Positions 10,544-20,987 of a DNA stretch of 64,000 nucleotides are shown here, in pieces. Below the pieces are notes generated by a model, which searched no databases, was not told where the DNA came from, and saw only the letters and a list, made by a program, of their open reading frames with translations. The DNA is from a virus: the IMG/VR virus record IMGVR_UViG_3300042485_001041, positions 1 through 64,000 of that record. One strand, 5' to 3'. Positions within the stretch are counted from its first letter, which is position 1. Each line of letters begins with the position of its first letter. A program made the translations under genes and the position numbers.

Positions 10544-10709
10544 TCTAAGAGATAAAGACGCCCCTTTACATGTTTGTATCTGTGGTTCTACCTTGTGGAG
10601 TGTTCAAGTAATGTTTGAAGATGGCGAAATTTCCTTGTACATGCTAGATATGGAGTGTGCGTTGTGTGGTGCTCTAGCCACTGCTCCAACGCCAATAGAC
10701 GGTGTTTAA
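10536..10709 (+). CDS. Small zinc-binding protein (57 aa, not in ORF track)
   Basis: TTG start, HVCICGS...ECALCG; fills the gap between primase and helicase. Confidence 0.6.
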   Translation: MLDLRDKDAPLHVCICGSTLWSVQVMFEDGEISLYMLDMECALCGALATAPTPIDGV

Positions 10710-12285
10710 AGGAACCTTAAAGCCTTATCAAGTTGAGGCCGTAGATCGAATGGCAGACCGCAAGAAGATGCTGGTTGCCTACGAGATGGGATTAGGCAAG
10801 ACCTGCATGACCATCGCAGCCTTAGAAAAACTGAAAGACACTGATGTAATTACAAAACCAATATTAATTATTGCTTTATCAAGTTTGAAGTATCAATGGG
10901 AGAAAGAGATCCTAAAGTTTTCAGATGCACAAACTCAAGTAATTGATGGAAGTAAGCCGCAAAGAGAACTTGCTTGGATGCGTGGATACGAGTGGTCAAG
11001 GGCTTGGGATGAGAATAACTCTTATGTTATTTGTAACTACGAGTCAATAGTTAATGACTGGGATTTTATAGAGGATTATGAATGGGGTGCTGTTGTCTGT
11101 GATGAAGCAACTGCTATAAAAGGCTTCCGTTCCAAACGATCAAAGAAAGTGAAGGAACTGGCACGTCAGATCCCTATCCGCTTTGCCCTAACAGGTACAC
11201 CAATTGAGAACGGTCGCCCAGAAGAAGTTTATAGCATCATGCAGTTTGTAGACTCGACTTTGTTGGGACGATTTGATCTTTTCGACCAGACCTTTATAGT
11301 TCGCAATCATTTTGGGGGAGTTCAAAGGTACCGAAACCTACAGTTATTCCACGAAAAGATGAAGAGTGCATCTGTACGTAAGGTTCAGACTGACCCTGAT
11401 GTAGCGCCGTATTTGCCAGACACTATTCACCGTGACCCAATGATGATAAAGATGGATAAGAAGTCATCAGAGTTGTATAACTTTATTGCTGATGAACTTA
11501 GCCAAGAGTTGTATGAAGCACAGCAATTACTTGGTACTGGGTTTTCGTTGATGGCGCACTACGGACATGACCATAAGCCAGGAAGCCCTGTGGACATGAT
11601 GCGTGGGTCAATCATGTCTAAGATAACTGCCCTACGGATGTTGTGTGACCATTCAGAATTATTAAATGACAGTCAGAAAAAATTTCTACAACAGGACGGC
11701 GAAGGCAGTGCATATATTGCTGGTTTAGCCGACCGTGACAAGTTAACGGGACCTTTTAAGCATGCTAAGTTGGATGCATTAAAGGCTTATGTACTCGATC
11801 ACCTAGATACAGATCCTGATGCCAAAGTGGTTATCTTTACTTCTTACGTAGGAATGCTTAATAGAATTCAAGAAGCAGTAGGTGGAACCCTGTACACAGG
11901 AAATATGAATGCTAAAGAGAAAGAAGCAAGTAAAGAAAAGTTTTTAACTGATCCAGAGTGCCGTGTGTTTATTTCATCAGATGCTGGTGGCTACGGTGTA
12001 GACCTACCTAACGCTAACCTGTTGGTTAATTACGATCTACCTTGGTCAGCAGGATTAGCGGTTCAACGAAATGGCCGAATTAAACGAGCCTCCAGCCGTT
12101 GGCCTACTATTACTATTCAAGACATCATTGTTGAAAACTCTATAGAAGAACGACAACACGAGATGCTGCAGCAGAAAAACGCCGTAGCAGATGCTGTTTT
12201 AGATGGGCAAGGAATCAATTCTAAAGGTGGAATTGACTTAACAGTCGGGAGCCTGATAGGGTTCCTGCAAAACGCTAGACCGTAG
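10702..12285 (+). CDS. SNF2-family helicase
   Basis: EMGLGKT, DEAT, LTGTPIEN, GVDL, QRNGRIKR. Confidence 0.9.
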   Translation: MFKGTLKPYQVEAVDRMADRKKMLVAYEMGLGKTCMTIAALEKLKDTDVITKPILIIALSSLKYQWEKEILKFSDAQTQVIDGSKPQRELAWMRGYEWSRAWDENNSYVICNYESIVNDWDFIEDYEWGAVVCDEATAIKGFRSKRSKKVKELARQIPIRFALTGTPIENGRPEEVYSIMQFVDSTLLGRFDLFDQTFIVRNHFGGVQRYRNLQLFHEKMKSASVRKVQTDPDVAPYLPDTIHRDPMMIKMDKKSSELYNFIADELSQELYEAQQLLGTGFSLMAHYGHDHKPGSPVDMMRGSIMSKITALRMLCDHSELLNDSQKKFLQQDGEGSAYIAGLADRDKLTGPFKHAKLDALKAYVLDHLDTDPDAKVVIFTSYVGMLNRIQEAVGGTLYTGNMNAKEKEASKEKFLTDPECRVFISSDAGGYGVDLPNANLLVNYDLPWSAGLAVQRNGRIKRASSRWPTITIQDIIVENSIEERQHEMLQQKNAVADAVLDGQGINSKGGIDLTVGSLIGFLQNARP

Positions 12286-12293
12286 GGGGAATA

Positions 12294-12734
12294 ATGGCCA
12301 GAGTAAAAGCCGAAGAATCAAGAGTAGTTGATGCTGATTCATTTGAAGTCCAAGCAAAAGAGTACGCCTTTGTTAAGAAGCAACTTGAGCATTGGGAAAA
12401 ACAACAGAAAGCATTAAAAGAAAAGATCTTTGCTCACATTGATGAGAGTGGCGAAGTAGATGATAAAGGAAACATCATTATTGAATTGCCCCAAGAAATT
12501 GAGGGTTTTGTCTCAGTAATGAAACAACGCCGTGTATCACGAAAGATCGATGAACAACGAGCAGAAGAGATCATTGCTGAAAAAGGTTTAGAAGAACTCC
12601 TATACAAGACTATTCGTGTAATTGATGAAGACGCATTGATGGCTGCTTTGTATGGCGATGAACTTACCGAAGAAGAGGTTGACGAGATGTATCCACAAAA
12701 TGTTGTGTGGGCACTCGTTATGAATAAGCGATAA
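12294..12734 (+). CDS. Hypothetical coiled-coil protein
   Basis: Strong RBS, 146 aa. Confidence 0.6.
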   Translation: MARVKAEESRVVDADSFEVQAKEYAFVKKQLEHWEKQQKALKEKIFAHIDESGEVDDKGNIIIELPQEIEGFVSVMKQRRVSRKIDEQRAEEIIAEKGLEELLYKTIRVIDEDALMAALYGDELTEEEVDEMYPQNVVWALVMNKR

Positions 12735-12736
12735 CA

Positions 12737-13213
12737 ATGGCTGGATTGCGTAGCGATGATGAGATTGAGAAGGCATTTGCTGATCTTGAATACCTTCCTG
12801 GCTCAAAGAGAAAGCGCAAAGAACCAGACCCAAAGGTTTCCCGCCGTAAGGCAGGGGATAGCAATGGTTGGGATGCAAACCCAATCACTAAAACGTTAGG
12901 CGGTAAAGAGACAGAAGTATTTACAATCGGTGCATTAGCACTGGCATTGGAAAAAACTATTGTCACTATCCGTCTATGGGAACGCAAAGGGTATATCCCC
13001 CGTGCTCCCTATCGTCTTCGGTCTAAAACCCTAAAAGGGGAGAAGACTGGAGGAAACCGTGTGTACACTCGTGCACTAATAGAATCTGCGATTGAAGAAT
13101 TTAATCGTAGAGGATTGCTCGGTTCTGCTCGTGTAGAGTGGAATCAGCATGACGAACTTACCGATGCTTTAGTAAAGCGTTGGAAAGACATAACAACCAC
13201 CGAGAGCCAGTAG
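12737..13213 (+). CDS. MerR-like HTH DNA-binding protein
   Basis: FTIGALALALEKTIVTIRLWERKGYIP...GNRVYT. Confidence 0.7.
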   Translation: MAGLRSDDEIEKAFADLEYLPGSKRKRKEPDPKVSRRKAGDSNGWDANPITKTLGGKETEVFTIGALALALEKTIVTIRLWERKGYIPRAPYRLRSKTLKGEKTGGNRVYTRALIESAIEEFNRRGLLGSARVEWNQHDELTDALVKRWKDITTTESQ

Positions 13214-13244
13214 GCCTCATTACCGAAAAGACCAAAAGACCAAA

Positions 13245-13892
13245 ATGCCAATCACACAACCAGCAGTAAATGCAGAAAACTATCTCGAAGCAGATAGCGA
13301 AGATATCCAACCTAAAGTAGGAACAACCGTGCAACAAGGTTGGGATGCAGTAGATGCGCTAGTAATGGCTCCATCATCTGATTTTCCTACTGATTTCCGT
13401 TTCTCTGAGGAACCACAGTTAATTAAGTTCCTTGAAGATGCACCATTTGCAATCTACGAACAGCATTGGATCGAGCGACCAAAGGGTAAGAAGTCCTTTG
13501 TTTGTCTTGGAGACAACTGCCCACTCTGCGACATCCTTGGCGATAAGCCTCGTGGCAAGTTCGCATTTAATATTGTAGTTCTTAGTGGCGAGACCACTGG
13601 AGTACAAATCCTTACAGCACCACCACTATTGGTTCGTCAACTTCGTAAGTTAAACGATGACGAACGTAAAGGACCTCTTGGAAAAGAGTTCTGGGAAGTT
13701 TCCCGATTAGGCACAGGCCCAACAACGTCGTATACCCTCAACTTCGTGCGTGGCCGTGATCTAGTCGAGGAATGGAAGTTGAGCATCGAAGATGTTCAAG
13801 AGACCGTAGCAGCCGCTGTTCCGTTCACAGCAGAAGTTATTCGTGAGACCCCTCGCTCCGAGATGCTAGAGGTTGCTCGCTCCGTCGCATAA
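13245..13892 (+). CDS. Single-stranded DNA-binding protein (gp32-like)
   Basis: IKFL, QHW, FVC....CPLC, SR.GTGPTTSY pattern; precedes polymerase. Confidence 0.65.
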   Translation: MPITQPAVNAENYLEADSEDIQPKVGTTVQQGWDAVDALVMAPSSDFPTDFRFSEEPQLIKFLEDAPFAIYEQHWIERPKGKKSFVCLGDNCPLCDILGDKPRGKFAFNIVVLSGETTGVQILTAPPLLVRQLRKLNDDERKGPLGKEFWEVSRLGTGPTTSYTLNFVRGRDLVEEWKLSIEDVQETVAAAVPFTAEVIRETPRSEMLEVARSVA

Positions 13893-13907
13893 GACGATTC
13901 CAGAGTG

Positions 13908-13938
13908 GGGGAGCCTGCAATCCGTTTCCAGGCTCCCC
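13908..13938 (+). terminator. GC-rich hairpin after the SSB gene
   Basis: GGGGAGCCTG / CAGGCTCCCC 10-bp stem; T-run about 10 nt downstream. Confidence 0.5.
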
Positions 13939-13964
13939 TACACAAACTTTTTGAGGGGTATTAA

Positions 13965-15968
13965 ATGAACACCATTACAACAAAAGAACAGTTAAAAGAC
14001 CTTGTTGAGTTTTACTCCAAGGTAGATGCGTTTGCATTTGACGTAGAAACTGTTGGAGAAAATAGAATCCAACCAGTAGTAAACGATGTTATGTGGATCT
14101 CCATGGCAACCGAAGGCCGCGTTGACGTAATCCCAATGGGTCACCCAAATGGTGAGTTCCTTTACTGGGATAAAGAACTTCTACTTAGTGGACAGCGCAA
14201 ACGTGATGCTGGTAAAGAAGTAAAGGACACAGACTATTCAAAGAACGAAGCACGATGGACACCTGTCTTTGACGCTCCTCCTTCACAGTTACTCCCTGGT
14301 GAAGTCTTTGCTGCACTAAAACCCTTGTTCTTTAGTGACAAGTTAAAGATCGGTCACAATGTTAAGTTTGATTTAAAATCTATTGCTAAATATTTTCGAG
14401 GTGTAGTTCCAGCAAAACCATTCTTTGATACTTTAATGGCCTCATTTATTATTGATAACCGTACAAAGAACTCTTTAGGACTAGCAGATTGTGCGAAGCG
14501 TGTTCTTGGTTTAGAGGTAAAAAAGGGTGTTGGAGCACAAGTTGAAGTCCACTCCTTTACCGATGTAGCCAATTACTCAGGGCTTGATGCGGAAGCAACT
14601 TGGGATCTATACAAAGCCTTATCTCCAAGGTTAGTTGGAAGCCTGCAGCGTGTGTGGAATCTTGAGATGGATGTAGTAGCAGCCTTATGCGACATGGAAT
14701 TAAAAGGCGCCGATGTTGATGTAGAAGAAATGAAGAAACTACAGAAACAGATTGAGATTGATTTGGACTTAGTTAAGGCTAAGGCATGGAAGATAACTGG
14801 AGAACCTTTCTCAATGAACTCAGTTCAAGAGAAGCAGAAGGTGCTGTTCTCACCCAAGGAAGAAGGCGGTCGAGGAATCAAGCCTAACCTCCGCATTCGT
14901 GTTGCATTAACTGCTAAAGGTCAAGAGGTTGCCGCAAACAACCCAGATAACCTAGGCATACAGCATTACTCCGTATCTGCTGATGCTCTGGAGTTCTACC
15001 GAGACAAAGATGAATTAGTTAACGCTATCTTGGAGTACCAAGACTTGAACAAGTTGATGACTACCTACGTAGTTCCATATCTCGGAGGCGACATCACGCA
15101 CACAAATTTGGGCAAAGAAAAGATTGTAAAGAAAAAAGCCCTATTAATTGATGGAAGAGTACATACTAACTTTAAATCACATGGAGCAGAGACGGGTCGT
15201 TTCTCCAGTAGTGACCCAAACCTACAGAACATTCCTAGTAGCGGTCAGTATGGCAAGTTGATCCGTAACTTGTTCATTGCTCCTCCAGGATACAAGTTAG
15301 TTGTTGCTGACTACTCACAGATCGAACCACGCATCATTGCATCTTTTTCACGAGACCCCATTATGTTAGAGAACTATCTAACTGGTGGAGATATCTACAC
15401 AACTATCGGTAACACAATGGGTGTAGATCGTAAGGCTGGAAAGGTGTTAGTACTATCGATTGCCTACGGTGTTGGCCCCGAAAAGATTGCACAGAGCATT
15501 GGCTGTACCGCAACTGAAGCCCGTAAGTTACTAGATGACTTTGGTAAAAAGTTTAACGACATTAATAAGTACCGAGCCAAAGTTATCCGTCAAGCAACAG
15601 CAATGTCTCCTACCCCATATGTCAGCACCATGTTTGGCCGCCGTCGCTACATCCCAGAGTTAAAGAGCATGGATAAAGGCCTACGGTCTAGAGCAGAGCG
15701 ACAGGCTTTTAACACCATGATTCAAGGATCTGCTGCAGATTTGATGAAATTAGCCATGGTTAGAGCACATTCTTGTTTTGTAGATGAACCAGATGTAAAT
15801 GTGATTTTGACTGTGCACGATGAACTAGTTACTGTTGCCCGTGAAGACCTAGCACAAGAGACCGCAGAAGCCATCCGCGCATCCATGGAAGGGATCAAAC
15901 TTCCAGAGTTAGTTGTTCCACTTATTGCAGATATACAAATAGTAGATAGATGGGGAGAAGCAAAGTGA
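13965..15968 (+). CDS. polA: Family A DNA polymerase with 3'-5' exonuclease
   Basis: FDVET, GHNVKFD, TGRFSSSDPNLQNIP, ADYSQIEPR, YG, IQGSAAD, VHDE. Confidence 0.95.
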   Translation: MNTITTKEQLKDLVEFYSKVDAFAFDVETVGENRIQPVVNDVMWISMATEGRVDVIPMGHPNGEFLYWDKELLLSGQRKRDAGKEVKDTDYSKNEARWTPVFDAPPSQLLPGEVFAALKPLFFSDKLKIGHNVKFDLKSIAKYFRGVVPAKPFFDTLMASFIIDNRTKNSLGLADCAKRVLGLEVKKGVGAQVEVHSFTDVANYSGLDAEATWDLYKALSPRLVGSLQRVWNLEMDVVAALCDMELKGADVDVEEMKKLQKQIEIDLDLVKAKAWKITGEPFSMNSVQEKQKVLFSPKEEGGRGIKPNLRIRVALTAKGQEVAANNPDNLGIQHYSVSADALEFYRDKDELVNAILEYQDLNKLMTTYVVPYLGGDITHTNLGKEKIVKKKALLIDGRVHTNFKSHGAETGRFSSSDPNLQNIPSSGQYGKLIRNLFIAPPGYKLVVADYSQIEPRIIASFSRDPIMLENYLTGGDIYTTIGNTMGVDRKAGKVLVLSIAYGVGPEKIAQSIGCTATEARKLLDDFGKKFNDINKYRAKVIRQATAMSPTPYVSTMFGRRRYIPELKSMDKGLRSRAERQAFNTMIQGSAADLMKLAMVRAHSCFVDEPDVNVILTVHDELVTVAREDLAQETAEAIRASMEGIKLPELVVPLIADIQIVDRWGEAK

Positions 15969-16342
15969 GTAATTCAGACTGGTGGGCTAAACAGTTAGGT
16001 GCGCAACCAGCACAACAACCAAGACCTGCAAACACACCGATGCCACCATCGCAACAACCCATGGCGCAATACACGCCCCCTCAACCGCAACAACCTACAT
16101 CAAAGGCTCAGAGTGCTAATCAAAATCAAGCGTGTCCAGATTGTGGTGGTAACAACTACATGTCACCAAGTGCAAACATCGGTTTACGATGCTACGACTG
16201 TGGTTACCCACTCCAACAATCAGGAAGTAAGTTTGGCTCATTAACTGGTGCAAAGGTTGAAGGCTCTACAAAACAATCTGTGGGTAATGACACACAGAAC
16301 AATTGGAATCCACAAGGAATTATCGGGAGAATAGCAGATTGA
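15950..16342 (+). CDS. Pro/Gln-rich zinc-ribbon protein
   Basis: CPDC...CYDC; true start probably the GTG near 15965. Confidence 0.6.
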   Translation: MGRSKVSNSDWWAKQLGAQPAQQPRPANTPMPPSQQPMAQYTPPQPQQPTSKAQSANQNQACPDCGGNNYMSPSANIGLRCYDCGYPLQQSGSKFGSLTGAKVEGSTKQSVGNDTQNNWNPQGIIGRIAD

Positions 16343-17388
16343 TAAATGATGAAGCCAAAAAGATTATTGCTCAACTCAACAAGAAGTTCAAAGGTAACGT
16401 GGTTGTCTTCGCTTCTGATATTAGGAATGACCTTATTCCTCGCATTACCAGTGGTTCTACTACACTCGATTACGTCCTCGGAGGAGGATTTCCTGGAAAC
16501 CAGTGGAATGAATTAATTGGTGAACCATCACACGGAAAAACTGCTGTCGCATTAAAAACTATTGCTGCTAACCAAGCGCTAAACCCTGAACATACAACTG
16601 TATGGGTTGCTGCCGAGCAATGGGTTCCTGAGTACGCAGAGATGTGTGGCGTAGATACCAGCCGTGTAATTGTTGTTGAAACAACTATTATGGAAGAGGC
16701 ATATCAGTCTGTAATTGAGTTTGCCGAATCACAGTCTGTAGATGCCATTGTGATTGACTCACTTCCAGCACTTTCTCCTATGCCTGAAATGGAGAACGAC
16801 ATGAGTCAAATGACAGTAGGTCGTGGAGCGTTATTAACAAACAAGTTTTTCCGTGTAGTTGGTTCTGCCATGAAGCGCTCACTTGTTGAGAACGAACGAC
16901 CAATACTTGGTTTGATCATTAATCAATACCGCATGAAGATTGGCGTAATGCACGGAGACCCACGCACAACTCCTGGTGGAGAAGGTAAGAACTACGCGTT
17001 CTTCACTCGTTGCGAAATCCGTCGTGACGAATGGATTGAGATTGGCCCTAGCGGAAACAAGACTCGTGTTGGTCAAAGAATTAAAGTCCGTACATTAAAG
17101 AATAAAACTGCGCCACCACAACGTGTTGCTTACTTTGATTTCTACTTTGCAGAGGGCGGAAACTGTGCTCCAGGTGAGTACGACTTTGCAAAGGAGATTG
17201 CCTCACTTGCAGTCATCATGGGTGTTATCGATCGTAAAGGTGGATGGTATTACTATGGTGACCGTAAGTGGCAAGGCACTGAAGCAGTCATTGACAGCAT
17301 TCGTGCAGAGATTGATTTAAAAGAAGAGATTCAAAAGTTAGTACTTACTTCAACCAACATACCTTCGACTGGAGATAGCGATGAGTAA
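16303..17388 (+). CDS. recA: RecA-like recombinase
   Basis: LDYVLGGG, GEPSHGKT, IVIDSL, INQYRMKIGVMHGDP.TTPGG, KNKTAPP. Confidence 0.95.
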   Translation: MESTRNYRENSRLINDEAKKIIAQLNKKFKGNVVVFASDIRNDLIPRITSGSTTLDYVLGGGFPGNQWNELIGEPSHGKTAVALKTIAANQALNPEHTTVWVAAEQWVPEYAEMCGVDTSRVIVVETTIMEEAYQSVIEFAESQSVDAIVIDSLPALSPMPEMENDMSQMTVGRGALLTNKFFRVVGSAMKRSLVENERPILGLIINQYRMKIGVMHGDPRTTPGGEGKNYAFFTRCEIRRDEWIEIGPSGNKTRVGQRIKVRTLKNKTAPPQRVAYFDFYFAEGGNCAPGEYDFAKEIASLAVIMGVIDRKGGWYYYGDRKWQGTEAVIDSIRAEIDLKEEIQKLVLTSTNIPSTGDSDE

Positions 17389-17623
17389 AGAATTCACCGT
17401 AAACGATGAAGCATGGGCACAAGATCTTGAAAAAGGTGTTGAAGACTACACAGACATGTTGTTTGAAGCAGTATGGGATGGCACAGAAGAAGTAGTACCA
17501 GAAACATTATCTGGAGAACCGTTCTGTGGTTGTTCTTCTTGTTTTTGGCGTGAAACTTTATTCTTCCTAGTACCTAAGATAATCAAAGGTTACGAGGATG
17601 GAAAACTAGAACTTGAAGAGTGA
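17381..17623 (+). CDS. Hypothetical protein
   Basis: Coupled ORF with CGCSSC. Confidence 0.55.
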   Translation: MSKEFTVNDEAWAQDLEKGVEDYTDMLFEAVWDGTEEVVPETLSGEPFCGCSSCFWRETLFFLVPKIIKGYEDGKLELEE

Positions 17624-17933
17624 AGGTTTAAAGCAATCTCAAAAGCATGAGAAACGCCTAGCCAAAGCAGTTGGCGGAACACGCAACGCTGCATCTGGTG
17701 CACTCTGGTCTCGTAAAGGGGACGTCCGTTCCGATGATCTGTTAATCGAACATAAATACACTGGTAAAAAAACTTACACATTAAAGGCTGATGATCTAGA
17801 AAAGAATGTTAAAAACGCAATGCTAGAAAGCAGAATGCCTGTGTTCGGGATTAGTTTAAATAACAAAAACTATGTACTATTAACTGAAGATGATTTCCTG
17901 GAGATGAGAGAGAAACTACAATCCAATGGATGA
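17613..17933 (+). CDS. PD-(D/E)XK Holliday junction resolvase-like protein
   Basis: HEKRLAK..GG...ASGA...KGDV.....IEHK. Confidence 0.7.
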   Translation: MKSEGLKQSQKHEKRLAKAVGGTRNAASGALWSRKGDVRSDDLLIEHKYTGKKTYTLKADDLEKNVKNAMLESRMPVFGISLNNKNYVLLTEDDFLEMREKLQSNG

Positions 17934-18261
17934 ACCAGATTATTCCTGGCGTTACGAAGCACGTTGTAGGGGTAAGGATGAGACGACCCTAATCTTTTAT
18001 CCTCCTAGAGATAAAGATCAATACAAAACCTTAGCAACACAAGCAAAGGCTATGTGTTTTGGTGAAACTGGGAAGAACCCGTGCCCAGTGCAGGCTGAGT
18101 GTTTGTGGGATGCAGTTTCCCGCGACGAACCTCATGGTATCTGGGGTGGGCTATCGCACCGTGAAAGAAACGCCTTAATGCGAAAGTGGCAAAAGTTAAA
18201 GCGCTCAAAGAAAACAACCCTAACCCTAGAAGATTTTATTTTCAGTAAGGACTATCAATGA
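17926..18261 (+). CDS. whiB: WhiB-family transcription factor
   Basis: W...ARC, C..., CPV..EC, GIWGGLSHRER. Confidence 0.85.
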   Translation: MDEPDYSWRYEARCRGKDETTLIFYPPRDKDQYKTLATQAKAMCFGETGKNPCPVQAECLWDAVSRDEPHGIWGGLSHRERNALMRKWQKLKRSKKTTLTLEDFIFSKDYQ

Positions 18262-19109
18262 GTACAGCCCCTTCAAAAGACTTAAAGAAGTTTTTGGATG
18301 CAACAAAGAAAGACACACGATTAGTAGGGCCAATTGAACGGCACCTAATGCGTCAGCCAGAGGATGACCGTAGTACAACCGTGTTACACCCATCAGAGAT
18401 GATTAAGGCTGACTTCTGCCATAAGTATTCTTACTACCTATTAATGGGTGGAAAGAAGAAAGGTGAGAAGCCAAGTCTTAGATTACAGAACATCTTTGAT
18501 GAAGGTCACTTTATTCATGAGAAGTGGCAGCGCCGCATCTATGAGATGGGCAATATGTATGGAGACTTTAAATGTCTAGTTTGTCAGAAGGTTACCTCTG
18601 GCCTATCACCTGCCAAGTGTGACCACTGTGACAGCACACGATTGTTCTATGATGAAGTAGCGTTAGTAGATCCAACTCTACGGATTGCTGGCCACACAGA
18701 TGGTTGGGTAAAGGGATTAGGCGAAGACTTTTTAATTGAGATCAAGTCAATCGGAGAAGGAACATTCCGCTTTGAAGCCCCTAACCTATTAATGGATGCA
18801 GACAACAACTTAGTCAAGGCATGGAACAGCATTCGCCGTCCATTCCGAGGACACCTACTGCAAGGTCAGATGTATCTTGAGTTAGCCCGTCGTATGTACG
18901 GAGATGATGCGCCTAAAGAGATTATTTTCTTGTACGAACTAAAGGCCAATCAAGACTACAAAGAGTTCACAGTAAAAGCAGACTTTGAAATGGTTGATAG
19001 AGTTTTCTACAACGCACAGAAGATTAATGACGCTGTTGATGCAGGAGTTAGGCCTAAATGTAATATAAGTCCTGATGGCTGCAAACAGTGTGACTTGATT
19101 GGGGAATAA
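18258..19109 (+). CDS. Cas4-like / PD-(D/E)XK exonuclease
   Basis: HPSE....C, G..IHE, GHTDG, IEIKS, Q.QMY, C-terminal C.....C..C. Confidence 0.75.
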   Translation: MSTAPSKDLKKFLDATKKDTRLVGPIERHLMRQPEDDRSTTVLHPSEMIKADFCHKYSYYLLMGGKKKGEKPSLRLQNIFDEGHFIHEKWQRRIYEMGNMYGDFKCLVCQKVTSGLSPAKCDHCDSTRLFYDEVALVDPTLRIAGHTDGWVKGLGEDFLIEIKSIGEGTFRFEAPNLLMDADNNLVKAWNSIRRPFRGHLLQGQMYLELARRMYGDDAPKEIIFLYELKANQDYKEFTVKADFEMVDRVFYNAQKINDAVDAGVRPKCNISPDGCKQCDLIGE

Positions 19110-19567
19110 TGGAACTAGATCCAGCACTAAAGAAAGGTTTAGACTTACCTAAACCATCCTACGATCAAGCCGTATTGCCGCCCGATATCACGGTACTTAA
19201 CAGTGAGCAGTTGGCTGAGATGTTTACCATACTAACTGGCTGGGCAGATTACATAGCCTCTCAGTTGGTACAGGCTCAGTTGGCTGAGCGTGACTCCTTG
19301 CGTAGAGCAGAGTTTGCTGAGAACAAAGCGTTAGTGTTAAACACTCCCCCACCAAAGGGGCTGACGATGACAATCATCAAAGCAAAGATCGACATCGATC
19401 CAGATATTATGGCTTTGCGTGATAAGTATGAAGCGTGTTACGCTTATCGAAAGATGATGGAAATGATGCTCACTAACCAGGAACGAGATATAACACTGGT
19501 TTCACGAGAGATCACCCGTCGGACATCAGACCAACGAGCATTCCGAAAGGATTATGGGACATTATGA
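19109..19567 (+). CDS. Hypothetical helical protein
   Basis: Coupled ORF. Confidence 0.55.
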   Translation: MELDPALKKGLDLPKPSYDQAVLPPDITVLNSEQLAEMFTILTGWADYIASQLVQAQLAERDSLRRAEFAENKALVLNTPPPKGLTMTIIKAKIDIDPDIMALRDKYEACYAYRKMMEMMLTNQERDITLVSREITRRTSDQRAFRKDYGTL

Positions 19568-20454
19568 AGAGGGTAATAATTGCGTTAGTAGTTTTATTTG
19601 CGGGGTTTTCACCAGCAAGTGCAGAGACACCACCAGCCATTGTTGTAATTGATACTGGTGTTAACTCATCGCTATTCAAAGACAGCATTGTTTATGAGGT
19701 TTGTTTAGTTTCATCATTCAAATGCCCAAACGGTAAAATGACGATGGAAGGTGCTGGAGCAGCAAATCTGCCAGCAACTACAAATAAAGCCTTTAACCAC
19801 GGCACACAGATGCTTTCATTAGTATTAAAGGTTAACCCAACAGCAAAAGTAATTCCTATCCGTATTGTAGGAATGGCGCCAAACGGTAATCCAGGTTTCT
19901 ATTCTATGGATGATGTACAGAACGCATTGAACTGGGTTGTAGCCAACAGAATTAAGTACAACATTGCAGTTGTTAGCCTTGCACAGGGCGCAGTATTTGC
20001 TAAGTGCAGAGTTCCAGCAGGTATGACAGAGAGTATTGCTACTTTAAAAGCAGCAAACGTTCCAGTAGTTACAGCAGTTGGTAACAACGGTAACCGAACA
20101 TCAGTATTCTCACCTGCCTGCTTGCCAGATACAGTCTCTGTTGGAGCAACAGATAACCCACATCCAGGTTCAAGCGGGCTTGCCTATGACCCAACTGCAA
20201 AGCCATACATTGCTCGTTACAGTAACGGTGCCCAAGGTCAGACTGACTTCTTCCTAAACGCTCGTTGGTACGCAACGATGCTTGATGGATCAACTAAGTT
20301 CACCGTTGGCACATCCAACGCAACAGCAGTGTTGGCTGGATGGTGGTTACTGAATAGAAAAGAAAGTTTGGACGCAACATTCAATGCGTTGATGGCGACA
20401 ACTATTGAAACAAAGAACGAATTCCAAACAGGAAGGTACATCGTTATTCCATGA
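19564..20454 (+). CDS. Exported S8 subtilisin-family protease
   Basis: Signal peptide; IVVIDTG, NHGT, AVGN, GTSNAT catalytic motifs. Confidence 0.85.
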   Translation: MKRVIIALVVLFAGFSPASAETPPAIVVIDTGVNSSLFKDSIVYEVCLVSSFKCPNGKMTMEGAGAANLPATTNKAFNHGTQMLSLVLKVNPTAKVIPIRIVGMAPNGNPGFYSMDDVQNALNWVVANRIKYNIAVVSLAQGAVFAKCRVPAGMTESIATLKAANVPVVTAVGNNGNRTSVFSPACLPDTVSVGATDNPHPGSSGLAYDPTAKPYIARYSNGAQGQTDFFLNARWYATMLDGSTKFTVGTSNATAVLAGWWLLNRKESLDATFNALMATTIETKNEFQTGRYIVIP

Positions 20455-20987
20455 TCATTGGACTGAGTGGCTACGCACAATCTGGTAAGGATACTGTTGC
20501 TGATATTTTAACGGCTAAGTATGGTTACAAACGAGTTGCCTTTGCTGATCCTATCCGTAAATTACTGTACGAATTAAACCCACACTTAAGTAAACATCAC
20601 TCTTTACAAGAGTTTGTGGATGAGTATGGTTGGGATATTGCAAAGAAAACTTCAGAGGTGCGTAGCCTTCTTCAGAACTTAGGAGTAGCAGCGCGTAAAG
20701 TTATAAACGAAGATGTGTGGGTAAAGGCCGCACTGCAGGAGGTAACTGTTGACGGAAATTACGTTGTTACTGACGTTCGGTTTGAAAACGAAGCAGCAAT
20801 GATTAAGTTAATGGGTGGAGAAGTTTGGCGAGTTAAACGCCCAGGAGTAGAGGCAGTTAACGACCACATTTCTGAACACGCATTAGATGGATATAAAGCA
20901 GATCGTATTTTAAGCAACGGGGGAACGCTTGAAGAACTAGCCTTTCTAGTTCAATCAAGAATGGGTTCCCTCGTACATGCCGACTAA
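20451..20987 (+). CDS. Deoxynucleoside monophosphate kinase
   Basis: IIGLSGYAQSGKDT, FADPIR, R.LLQ.LG, DVRFENE, HISE. Confidence 0.9.
   Translation: MIIGLSGYAQSGKDTVADILTAKYGYKRVAFADPIRKLLYELNPHLSKHHSLQEFVDEYGWDIAKKTSEVRSLLQNLGVAARKVINEDVWVKAALQEVTVDGNYVVTDVRFENEAAMIKLMGGEVWRVKRPGVEAVNDHISEHALDGYKADRILSNGGTLEELAFLVQSRMGSLVHAD

Noticed and set aside
18258-19109. Cas4-like gene as evidence of a CRISPR-Cas system
   Set aside because: No repeat-spacer array or other cas genes; stand-alone Cas4-like nucleases are common in phage recombination modules.
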